Source: Pyrodictium delaneyi
GTDB taxonomy: Archaea > Thermoproteota > Thermoprotei_A > Sulfolobales > Pyrodictiaceae
Direction of reading: 5' to 3'
Assembly (NCBI RefSeq): GCF_001412615.1
Contig: NZ_CP013011.1
Coordinates: 1,020,001-1,052,000, forward strand
DNA length: 32,000 bases
Shown here: piece after piece, positions 1 to 8,418 of the stretch
How the letters are laid out: the number at the start of each line of letters is the position of its first letter
How positions within the stretch are numbered: position 1 is the first letter of the stretch
Translations under genes and position numbers: made by a program
Notes under the pieces: model-generated
What the model saw: only the letters and a program-made list of their open reading frames with translations
Database searches by the model: none
Told to the model about the DNA's origin: nothing

Positions 1-42
1 TATACTGGCGAGCCCTTACCTCTACGCTGTACTATCAAGCGC

Positions 43-1449
43 TTACCCATAGCGTAGCACCCGTCCCCAGTGCGTCGCCCCTGGTATACTCTGACTCTTA
101 ACTGTTATCGGTATAGGGAGTATCTTGAAAGGAATCGCTCTCTGCGCCTGCTGGTAGCGGAGAAGAGCTTCGCCAACACCTAGTCTACGAAGCACATCGA
201 GATCCTCATACACGACACCACTATACCTACTGACATCTCTTATGTATACATCATCTACTGATCCGAACATAATCACATTGCTGATATTATTCCATACTTC
301 AGAGCTATAGTCGCTTGGCTGTTGCGATGAAAGAACGAGACTAATATTGCTACTCCTGCCTTCACGAACTAACCTTCTAACAACATCACTGTTCTTAATT
401 CTCCAAAACTCGTCTATTACAAGTACCGAACTCACACTATTGTTTCGAAGCACATCAAAGATGGTATCTAATATAGTTTCTAGCTGGATATACTTTTCAT
501 TCTCACTTAGATACGCCAAGTCTAATACCATAATACCGTGGAAGCTATCACTAAATAAGTTGGAGACAATTAAGTGATGATAACTATATCCATCCTCTAC
601 TACAACATGTTTTGCTAGTCTGGTCCCCTTCAAAAACCTCCAAACATCTCCCTTGGGATCTACCAACACTGCTTTTACGTCGTAAAGTAACGTAGCCAGT
701 AATGCAACTAGGACTGCAAGGGTTGTCTTCCCCCTACCAGTTGGCCCCACAATTAAAGTATGTTGAGCACCCCTATTATCCCATAAAGGTAGCCCGACAA
801 GTTTTCCCAACACCAGGTCGTGTCCGATAGGAACGGTTTTCACACCATCAAGGATCTTACCTAACATGCGTACATACTCCATCCAACTTAAACTCGAGCC
901 TATAATGCTACTGAGTGATTGAATAATATTCCCACTATTGTTTTTTAAAAAACTCACACTTAGGCATTTACGTTTAGGTTTACAACCAAGTACGGCAAGC
1001 ATATCAATAACACTATTGTAATTTTCTTCAATACTTTTTGTACTACCACATACTAGTATGTATAGTGCCGGCTTGACGGGATCATCATAAACCATAATGT
1101 TTTCATATATCTTCCTAAGCACCTCAAGTTTGTTTCTTGCACGCATATTGTTAGGATTGCGTTCTAGCTCAACCTCGTAGGATAGTATTTTGGACTCTAG
1201 AATCCTCGCAGCATAATTACCTCTAACATGTTTATAGAGTAGCATTATGCCACATATTCTTCTATCCAGTAACTTAGATTTGTTGCCCAGTAGCTTTGTG
1301 AAGCATGTCTCGTCGCCCTTAATCTCGATGAGTACGCCAAGAACGCCATCTGTTAGTTCCGAGACACAAAGAGTATTCACAACTTTATCTCTACCCTTTG
1401 TAAGCTTTACTAGCTTGTATAAATACGTAGCAATGGTACTTATAATCAT
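43..1449 (-). CDS. cedB: VirB4/TrbE-like (FtsK-HerA superfamily) secretion ATPase, CedB-like
   Basis: ORF track 43..1461 (472 aa). Walker A LIVGPTGRGKTT and Walker B VLVIDEFW (DExW as in VirB4/TrbE). VDPKGD and SSQQPSD motifs are typical of this ATPase superfamily. No TM segment. Start moved to ATG 1449, which has GGTGAT 5 nt upstream; 1461 is a TTG. Confidence 0.7.
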   Translation of the reverse strand: MIISTIATYLYKLVKLTKGRDKVVNTLCVSELTDGVLGVLIEIKGDETCFTKLLGNKSKLLDRRICGIMLLYKHVRGNYAARILESKILSYEVELERNPNNMRARNKLEVLRKIYENIMVYDDPVKPALYILVCGSTKSIEENYNSVIDMLAVLGCKPKRKCLSVSFLKNNSGNIIQSLSSIIGSSLSWMEYVRMLGKILDGVKTVPIGHDLVLGKLVGLPLWDNRGAQHTLIVGPTGRGKTTLAVLVALLATLLYDVKAVLVDPKGDVWRFLKGTRLAKHVVVEDGYSYHHLIVSNLFSDSFHGIMVLDLAYLSENEKYIQLETILDTIFDVLRNNSVSSVLVIDEFWRIKNSDVVRRLVREGRSSNISLVLSSQQPSDYSSEVWNNISNVIMFGSVDDVYIRDVSRYSGVVYEDLDVLRRLGVGEALLRYQQAQRAIPFKILPIPITVKSQSIPGATHWGRVLRYG

Positions 1450-1454
1450 GTAAA

Positions 1455-1631
1455 TCACCAACTTAGAGTTCTTTTAACAATCATAAATAGAACAATATTT
1501 ATCAATGATATCAGTATTATTGTTATATTTTTTGAATATAATCCCTCAATAACACCATATAATGATAATGCTAAAGCAATATGTAGAGACCTTCTGAATG
1601 TTATATTCGTTATAGCCTTTGTCTGCTTCAT
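1455..1631 (-). CDS. 58-aa small membrane protein missing from the ORF track (occupies the CedA2-like position)
   Basis: My own minus-strand translation: MKQTKAITNITFRRSLHIALALSLYGVIEGLYSKNITIILISLINIVLFMIVKRTLSW. ATG at 1629-1631, TGA at 1455-1457, GGTGA 6 nt upstream of the ATG. Two hydrophobic stretches. It fills the otherwise empty gap between the flanking genes, and its stop lies 5 nt before the ATPase ATG. Confidence 0.55.
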   Translation of the reverse strand: MKQTKAITNITFRRSLHIALALSLYGVIEGLYSKNITIILISLINIVLFMIVKRTLSW

Positions 1632-1656
1632 CCTAATTCACCTTTACTAAGGCTGA

Positions 1657-3096
1657 TTAGTCGAATATTATGCGGGGCGACGATGCACCTATCAGCCTAG
1701 CAAAACTTATGGTCATCATAGACATTATGGTCAAGTATGAAAATACAGTTACAGGAAACGCGGTTCCGTAGACTATGTAGTACACTATCGCGTCCTCCAT
1801 GGTCATGTTAGGGTAATTGTAGCCTTCACTTATTTCTAAATTATATGTATAGTTATCTATTCTTTTATTGAATTTAATGCTAAGTAATTTGATGCCGTCC
1901 GGTACTCTTAGACTGAAAATTATTGTCCTTACTTGCATACCCCTCCAAGGGTTCGTTAGTTCAACTACATTATATTCTTCGAAGAATTCTCTAGCCGGTG
2001 AAATCATGGTCATATTTGCCTTATCTGGGATAGTAATTGTCAACATTATCCATTTCGATTTAGGCTTACACTGTACATTTATCGTATAAACTGTCTGATG
2101 AATATCAGTTATATTGCAACTTCTGACTATCATTAAGCCTACCGGCTCTATAAAGATTGCATCGCTAACCGTGAAATCTAGCCTATACTCTGCCTCATCT
2201 AATTCATAAGTTAGTCTGGCGTCTTCCGGTATGTTAACTATCGATTTTTCTACTCCTAGGTTGTGACCAAGGTATTCAATCTCCACATGGTATTTGCCGC
2301 TTGGAAGCGCTTTTAGTGGCCTAGTTATGTAGTACCCGCCATCCTCATGTATTACGAATCTATATATTCCATTGTTGCCTATATCTATGAATTTTACTAG
2401 CCCTGTAACCGGTCTATACCCATATTTGTCTCTTACAATACCCCACATGTGTACCAGTGCTATAGACTCTGTATAGTTATGAACAAATACTTCGCTCAAA
2501 TAGCTCGTAGCAAGACTACCATATATCAAGGATATCCAATATGGCAAGAATGGTAGCATTACATTACCTACTATTATAAAGGCGAGAAGCGACGCACCAG
2601 CATTCCTACCTATCCTAAAGGGTATTGCCATAAGTGCTATACCGAGAGCAGCCAGTTTAGCTTTAGCAGCTGAAAGTATACTGGCTATTACTATGACTGT
2701 TGCTGCAGCTGTTAACATGCCATAGTGTACTAACATCATAGGTAACATGTATATGCTAAAGAACTTCCCAATTATACTGTGCACTGATGACAGTACACCA
2801 ACAGTTAAACGTGTGATATATTCCATCATTATTATGGCTTTCATTCGCACTTGCATATATGATACTATACTTTCTACCGTGTGTCCACTCATGCTCGCTA
2901 TGGCGTCAGAAAATTTCAGCATAGCAGTGAATAAGGTGATTAATATACTAGCCCATAGACCGTCTTGTATAAGTAGCGGCGCCCAACGCTTTACGCTACG
3001 TAACGGTATTGGAAGCATGTATACAAGTACACCAATGTAGTATGTCAGTACAGCAAGCTGAGCCGCTATGAGCAGAAAGTATGACACAAGCTGCAC
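1657..3096 (-). CDS. cedA: Polytopic membrane protein, VirB6/CedA-like, with a large beta-rich non-membrane domain and a C-terminal TM anchor
   Basis: 479 aa. GTG start at 3096 with GGTGC about 6 nt upstream. About 6-7 hydrophobic helices in residues 1-200. Residues ~205-430 are hydrophilic and beta-rich (e.g. SGKYHVEIEYLGH, resembling carboxypeptidase-regulatory-like sandwiches). Final TM is AIVYYIVYGTAFPVTVFSYLTIMSMM. Operon position lies between the pilin-like gene and the VirB4-like ATPase. Confidence 0.55.
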   Translation of the reverse strand: MQLVSYFLLIAAQLAVLTYYIGVLVYMLPIPLRSVKRWAPLLIQDGLWASILITLFTAMLKFSDAIASMSGHTVESIVSYMQVRMKAIIMMEYITRLTVGVLSSVHSIIGKFFSIYMLPMMLVHYGMLTAAATVIVIASILSAAKAKLAALGIALMAIPFRIGRNAGASLLAFIIVGNVMLPFLPYWISLIYGSLATSYLSEVFVHNYTESIALVHMWGIVRDKYGYRPVTGLVKFIDIGNNGIYRFVIHEDGGYYITRPLKALPSGKYHVEIEYLGHNLGVEKSIVNIPEDARLTYELDEAEYRLDFTVSDAIFIEPVGLMIVRSCNITDIHQTVYTINVQCKPKSKWIMLTITIPDKANMTMISPAREFFEEYNVVELTNPWRGMQVRTIIFSLRVPDGIKLLSIKFNKRIDNYTYNLEISEGYNYPNMTMEDAIVYYIVYGTAFPVTVFSYLTIMSMMTISFARLIGASSPRIIFD

Positions 3097-3113
3097 GACT
3101 TAGCACCCTAGGC

Positions 3114-3383
3114 TTATGCTGTACCGTTGTAGATGACTGGCGGTGGCGACGCAACGGAGCTAACAATATAGGATACCAGTGCAAATATCGAAGAACCGAG
3201 AGCGAGCCAAAATGCTGCCCATACAGCATCCTCTATGAGGTCTTGTCCGGCACGTTTTACTCTCATGAATGGTATGGGTGAGCCTTTTAGTAGCCAACCT
3301 ATACTCCATGTCAGCAGAAACAGACCCCAGGCTATACTCATGACCTTTATGGTTAGAGAGTTTATGAACTCTATAATGTTCAT
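3114..3383 (-). CDS. cedA1: 89-aa two-helix hairpin membrane protein, VirB2/CedA1 pilin-like
   Basis: Two hydrophobic helices (VMSIAWGLFLLTWSIGWLL and AVWAAFWLALGSSIFALVSYIV) joined by a basic loop (PIPFMRVKRAGQD). First gene of the operon; its stop is 18 nt before the next start. AAGGGG lies just upstream of the ATG. Confidence 0.55.
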   Translation of the reverse strand: MNIIEFINSLTIKVMSIAWGLFLLTWSIGWLLKGSPIPFMRVKRAGQDLIEDAVWAAFWLALGSSIFALVSYIVSSVASPPPVIYNGTA

Positions 3384-3470
3384 AATTCCCCTTAAGATAA
3401 GGTGTATAGCATTTCGCTATTGAGGCTGTGCAGAGTGTAAGTATCCGAACTTGCCACCCTTAAAGATGCT

Positions 3471-3480
3471 TTTATATAAA
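3471..3480. promoter_or_regulatory. Palindromic TATA-like element TTTATATAAA between the Lhr stop and the pilin-like gene
   Basis: The only strong A/T box in the 139-nt gap. It sits ~90 nt upstream of ATG 3383, which would imply a 5' UTR (consistent with the SD-like AAGGGG). It could equally be part of the Lhr 3' T-rich region. Confidence 0.25.
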
Positions 3481-3522
3481 TCATAATAATTAACTGGATA
3501 GACATGCTATCAACAATTAGTC

Positions 3523-6393
3523 TTACTTCTCTAACCTGTGCTTATATTTATGATATTTCACCTCAGCTTCCACGAGTGCACGATAAAATGCTTCTTCTCC
3601 AAATACCAGCTTCTGTAAAACACGTTTCGCTGTATGAACACCTACCCCCGTTGATACTAAAGCTTCTATAGCTTTCTTACCGTAGTTTAATACTAATCCA
3701 GCTGCATCCATTACCTCACGCGAAAGCTTCTTTTCACTATTAGAGAGCCTACTGTTATGTTTTATCTTCTCAAGAACAATTTTGGCAACCTCTATACGTT
3801 CCCTTGATAGTGCTGGATAGATCATTCGGGCGCCACAACGCGGACATTCTATTTTATCGCTGAGATGTGATAGTCTTCTTGACCATGTTTTTCCACACAT
3901 TACACACAAGAAGATTACCTCTTTCGACGACAACTTTCTCTTAATCGCTTCGACTAGTATTGTGGAGGGTAAACTATCAACAGAGACACGATCACCAAAT
4001 CTTGCCTCTGCTACAGCATCTTCTGTTATAGGGGATGTGATCCTTAGACTAACTGTTCTTACTTCAACTTTTTTGTTTCTAATCCTTTCAAGGAATGAAT
4101 ATAGAGCATTGATGTCTACTTTTCTTACGTTTATCTCCTTATACGCCTCCTCACCAAGTATAGTATCTTTCAATTTTAGAATAATAGTTTTTATCTGTTT
4201 CAAATTAGTCTCTCTAGTTCTTTTCACAGCGCCTGCACGGAGAGCAACATAGAGTAAAATCCACTGATAGAGCCGACTTCTATAGATAGCCTTACGTAGT
4301 AGATTATCTACATCCTCACGTGTAAAGCTGGCAAGTTTCATCAACGAATCAGCTATAAAACTAGGCCTTTCATGAGATGCCAGCCTAACAGCCACAATGT
4401 ATGGTGTACTCGTAGTTACTGGCGAGTAACCTTTAATCTCAGATATGTAGGCAGATAGTAAATATTCAAGAGCCTTATTACCACGGCTACCGAGGAAACT
4501 ATATATAATGAATGTATCCCCATAGTGCTCTATTACTATTCTTTTATCTGTCGGTAGCGGCAAACCTTTTGATATATGTCTAGTTATTCTGTCTACAATT
4601 ATTCTTCTCGCATTATCATCTAGCGGATAATTGTCTAATACTCTTTCACCAATTTCTTCGTAACGTCGCAAGATGCTACCAAGTTCTCGCGCAACTCCAT
4701 ATTCTACGGGGATTAGGTCACCCTCCCATGCCGGAGGTATTAGACGGTCCTCTCTAGCGGGTTTCACTCTCACATGATCTTCACTGATATCTACTACCTC
4801 CCAGACACGTCCACCTAGTACGAACTTGTCCTCCTTCTCTAGAGTTGCTACAAACTCCTCATCGAGAACACCGAGTTTCTTGCCGCTAGCTACCTCGTAA
4901 ACATTATACTGCCTAGTATCCGGTATCATAGTAACACTAAAGTAGTAGCTCTTACTCATAGACCCTATTGACACTCTTGACTCCTTTGCTCTGGCTATCC
5001 GAGAGCTATCCATATAGTATAATATCTGATATAACTCATCTATGCTAAGATCTCTATAATAACCACTGCTTGTTATAACATTGTAAAGTTTATTTACATC
5101 AATTTCACCAGACTCTATAATCATACCAGCCACTTGATGAATAAGGGCATCATAAGGTTTGTTGTAGAGTGGTATATTCTCCAAGTTACCCCTCATAGCT
5201 CTAGCCGCTATAACTGCAGATTCCAATATATCAAATATGTTGTTAGACGCTACTATTACTCCTCTGGAAACACTGCCCGCTCTATGTCCTGCACGACCTA
5301 CCCGCTGGACAAGCTTCACAACTTGCCTAGGCGACATGTATTGTATAACAAGATCAATACTACCTATATCGATACCAAGTTCAAGACTCGACGTAGCTAC
5401 AAGTGCTTTTATCTTACCGCTCTTAAGCTTCTGCTCAGCGTCTACACGTTTATCACGGCTAAGGCTTCCATGATGCACCTCTATAAACTCGTCACCCACA
5501 ACTTGTTTTAGTAATGCACCTAGAACCTCTGCAGTATCACGAGTGTTTACAAACACTATCACGTTTCCTCGACTCTTTGCAAGGATATTCTTGATTAGAT
5601 TTACTCGTGTCAACGTTTCATTATGAACTCTAGAACGTACGCTGTTAGTGTCATTATTGCTATTCTTAGAGCTATCTCCCGGTGCTGTAACTAGTATACT
5701 ATAACGTTTTTTCGTCTTCTCAGCCTCAATTATCCTGACATATCTTTCACCCATGATTAACTTAGCAACTAGGTATGGATTACTCACAGTGGCTGAAAGA
5801 CCTATAAGCTGGAGCCTAGCCTTAGTATATAACCTAGCAACGCGTTCTAGTGCTAAGGATAGTTCTGCTCCTCGTTTATCTGAAACCAGTTCATGAATCT
5901 CATCAATAACTATATATTTAAGGTTATTTATATTATGTCTGAATTTTTCTACACTAAGTAAGAAGTAGAATGATTCTGGTGTTGTTACCATTATGTGCGG
6001 TGGATTCTCGAGGAACCTTCTCTTCTCCGCAGTAGTACTATCTCCATGCCTAACCTCGAGATCTAGACCAAGACTCGAAGCTATACCTGACATTCGCTTG
6101 AATATATCACGGTTAAGACTACGTAAAGGAGTAATGTATATGCAATATATGCCTCTGGAACGTACACCTATGAGTCTCGAGAGTACGGGAAGAAGGGCGG
6201 CTTCAGTCTTACCACTGCCTGTCGGCGCTATAACTAACACGTTGTTACCTCTAAGAATCTCTGGTATGGCCTTATCTTGTATCTCGGTAGGTTTTACGTA
6301 CCCGTGTTTCTCTAGTACACGCTGAAGTAGCGGGTGTAGCAGTCTAAACGCTCCACTTACTCTACGCTTCTCAATTCTCTCCTGCGCGTTCAT
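3523..6393 (-). CDS. lhr: Lhr-type (aLhr2-like) superfamily-2 DEAH helicase with C-terminal zinc ribbon
   Basis: 956 aa. Motif I APTGSGKT, motif II DEIHE, motif III SAT, motif VI QRVGRAGH. Long DEAD-associated C-terminal region with CVMCGK...CPRCG (CxxC-x17-CxxC). Confidence 0.85.
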   Translation of the reverse strand: MNAQERIEKRRVSGAFRLLHPLLQRVLEKHGYVKPTEIQDKAIPEILRGNNVLVIAPTGSGKTEAALLPVLSRLIGVRSRGIYCIYITPLRSLNRDIFKRMSGIASSLGLDLEVRHGDSTTAEKRRFLENPPHIMVTTPESFYFLLSVEKFRHNINNLKYIVIDEIHELVSDKRGAELSLALERVARLYTKARLQLIGLSATVSNPYLVAKLIMGERYVRIIEAEKTKKRYSILVTAPGDSSKNSNNDTNSVRSRVHNETLTRVNLIKNILAKSRGNVIVFVNTRDTAEVLGALLKQVVGDEFIEVHHGSLSRDKRVDAEQKLKSGKIKALVATSSLELGIDIGSIDLVIQYMSPRQVVKLVQRVGRAGHRAGSVSRGVIVASNNIFDILESAVIAARAMRGNLENIPLYNKPYDALIHQVAGMIIESGEIDVNKLYNVITSSGYYRDLSIDELYQILYYMDSSRIARAKESRVSIGSMSKSYYFSVTMIPDTRQYNVYEVASGKKLGVLDEEFVATLEKEDKFVLGGRVWEVVDISEDHVRVKPAREDRLIPPAWEGDLIPVEYGVARELGSILRRYEEIGERVLDNYPLDDNARRIIVDRITRHISKGLPLPTDKRIVIEHYGDTFIIYSFLGSRGNKALEYLLSAYISEIKGYSPVTTSTPYIVAVRLASHERPSFIADSLMKLASFTREDVDNLLRKAIYRSRLYQWILLYVALRAGAVKRTRETNLKQIKTIILKLKDTILGEEAYKEINVRKVDINALYSFLERIRNKKVEVRTVSLRITSPITEDAVAEARFGDRVSVDSLPSTILVEAIKRKLSSKEVIFLCVMCGKTWSRRLSHLSDKIECPRCGARMIYPALSRERIEVAKIVLEKIKHNSRLSNSEKKLSREVMDAAGLVLNYGKKAIEALVSTGVGVHTAKRVLQKLVFGEEAFYRALVEAEVKYHKYKHRLEK

Positions 6394-6396
6394 AGT

Positions 6397-8328
6397 GTGT
6401 TATTTCACCCTTGTAGCACTACCTTTGCAGCTAGAACCTGGGGGCGCCGCGTTTTGACCAAAGGTAATACCAGCTTATTTACTCGTCTACTATTACTCTC
6501 AATAATCTCGACAACATTGATACTCTTATCTAGAATAATGGATCCTCGCCTATCTATACTACTCTCGACAATATCAACACTACTGGTGCTGGTCGCTAGA
6601 TCCATAATTATTGCGATAGCTGCACTAATCTACAACATTACACTTATACTTTATGTCGTGCCACTGTCACTTACACATAACACCATTATGCAATTAACCT
6701 TGGAGAAAGATGCTTATAGCACAATAATTATTCTGGCAGAAACGACACTCATAGCAATTATGATTGTAACCAAGGTGATGTCATCTCTACGTTCCAAATA
6801 TCATATTGATACATTTATTCGTAATATAGCATATGTTGGCGTGAAAGATGTACTAATATACGCCTTATGTTGTAGACGAAGCTATATCGCGTTATCACTG
6901 ATAACTGCATCTGCTGCTGTATATTCCCTTTCTTCTACTTCACCACTATTCTATACACATAGTGATATGCTGTGCTCCCTTTTACTCTACACTTCCATGG
7001 CATTGGTGCCATTCGCAGTCATACTGGCATCAATAGAAATTTCTGCCACCATTACCGCTATACTTGTAACAGTAGCTGCTGTTGTAGCACCTCAACCCTT
7101 GCTCTTAATGGCGTTTATAGCTATGCTTCCCATAGAGACTACACCAGTCACAATTAAGCTCAAAAAGCGAAACGGGTTTAGCATTGGTTATCTCGAGGCA
7201 GTTCTAGTTGATTCACCTTCACTAAAGTATAATATAGAAGGCCAGAAGTCTTTCTCTACAACACGTAGCTGGTGGTCACCCGCATATCCTACATCATCAT
7301 GGTATAGTGTTAAAATAACTGTAAAAGAGAATCCCCACATCATCGTGACGGGGACTACAGGGTCAGGGAAATCCTTTACAGCAATGCAGTTGACAAGAGC
7401 TATATTGGAGAAATTTGACAATAAAGCAGTACTCATAGTTATAGACCCGCACGGCGAGTATAAGAATCTACTAAACAACCATACAGTAGATATTAGAGTC
7501 GTAGATGCCTCCCAAGAAGCTCCTAACCCCCTGGAACTCATTGGACGAAGCCCACGAGAGCGGGCAGCCGAGCTTGTAGAACTCGTTTCGGAGTTCTACA
7601 ACCTAGGTCCAATTCAAGCAAGGATACTAGAGGACGCCATACTACTATCATACGAGAATGCCGGCATAAGGGATGATGATCCGTCAACGTGGGGGAGATC
7701 GCCACCAACGATTAGAGATGTAATCGCGATACTCGAAGACATGTCTAGACAAGACGCTCGCGCACGCATCGTAGCTATGTACCTGTCGTCTCTAGCGGCA
7801 AAAGCCTTTAGCCAAGACCGTTTACCATTTCCGACACCAGATAGCAGCCTTAGCGCTATTATTTTCGACCTATCTCGGCTAGCTACACGCGAACAGATGG
7901 TACTCTACACTGAAACAATATTATATAAATTGTATAACTTGGTTAAGGCGCTCGGTCCTGCAGATAGTCTACGTTACATACTCCTAGTAGATGAAGCACA
8001 CATTTTCGCGCGTAAGACATCACGGAAAAGAGCAGTCCTACCCTTGATTGCCGCAGAGCTGCGTAAGTATGGTGTCGCATTGATCCTCGTAACTCAACGG
8101 GCAAGCGAACTAGATGAAACAATACTCGCCAATATGGGTACATATATATGTCTAAAACATACAGACACCAGAGAGTCTAAGTTCATAGCAGAGGTTGTAT
8201 CCAAAAACCCTTTGAATAATGACGCTAAAGAGATCCTAGTATATACTTTATCGATTCTACCTAAAGGTTATGCAGTTGTAGGCGATATAGAGATTGAGAC
8301 GCCTCTCCTAGTTAAGCTTCAAGAATGA
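6397..8328 (+). CDS. Membrane-anchored HerA/FtsK-superfamily (DUF87-like) ATPase
   Basis: N-terminal ~250 aa contain ~6-7 hydrophobic helices. The C-terminal half has Walker A VTGTTGSGKS, IDPHGEY, Walker B LLVDEAHIF and LILVTQRASELD (HerA/DUF87 hallmarks). The true start is uncertain: 6397 is a GTG only 3 nt from the divergent Lhr start, and ATG 6538 (MDPRLSIL...) is an alternative. Confidence 0.75.
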   Translation: MLFHPCSTTFAARTWGRRVLTKGNTSLFTRLLLLSIISTTLILLSRIMDPRLSILLSTISTLLVLVARSIIIAIAALIYNITLILYVVPLSLTHNTIMQLTLEKDAYSTIIILAETTLIAIMIVTKVMSSLRSKYHIDTFIRNIAYVGVKDVLIYALCCRRSYIALSLITASAAVYSLSSTSPLFYTHSDMLCSLLLYTSMALVPFAVILASIEISATITAILVTVAAVVAPQPLLLMAFIAMLPIETTPVTIKLKKRNGFSIGYLEAVLVDSPSLKYNIEGQKSFSTTRSWWSPAYPTSSWYSVKITVKENPHIIVTGTTGSGKSFTAMQLTRAILEKFDNKAVLIVIDPHGEYKNLLNNHTVDIRVVDASQEAPNPLELIGRSPRERAAELVELVSEFYNLGPIQARILEDAILLSYENAGIRDDDPSTWGRSPPTIRDVIAILEDMSRQDARARIVAMYLSSLAAKAFSQDRLPFPTPDSSLSAIIFDLSRLATREQMVLYTETILYKLYNLVKALGPADSLRYILLVDEAHIFARKTSRKRAVLPLIAAELRKYGVALILVTQRASELDETILANMGTYICLKHTDTRESKFIAEVVSKNPLNNDAKEILVYTLSILPKGYAVVGDIEIETPLLVKLQE

Positions 8329-8418
8329 TATTAAAATAGCATTATATATGGGCTGTAAAGAGTATAATTAGGGTAAGGATTTTTGCCTAAGGGGTAACAG
8401 GGAGGGAGAACTGCTAGG

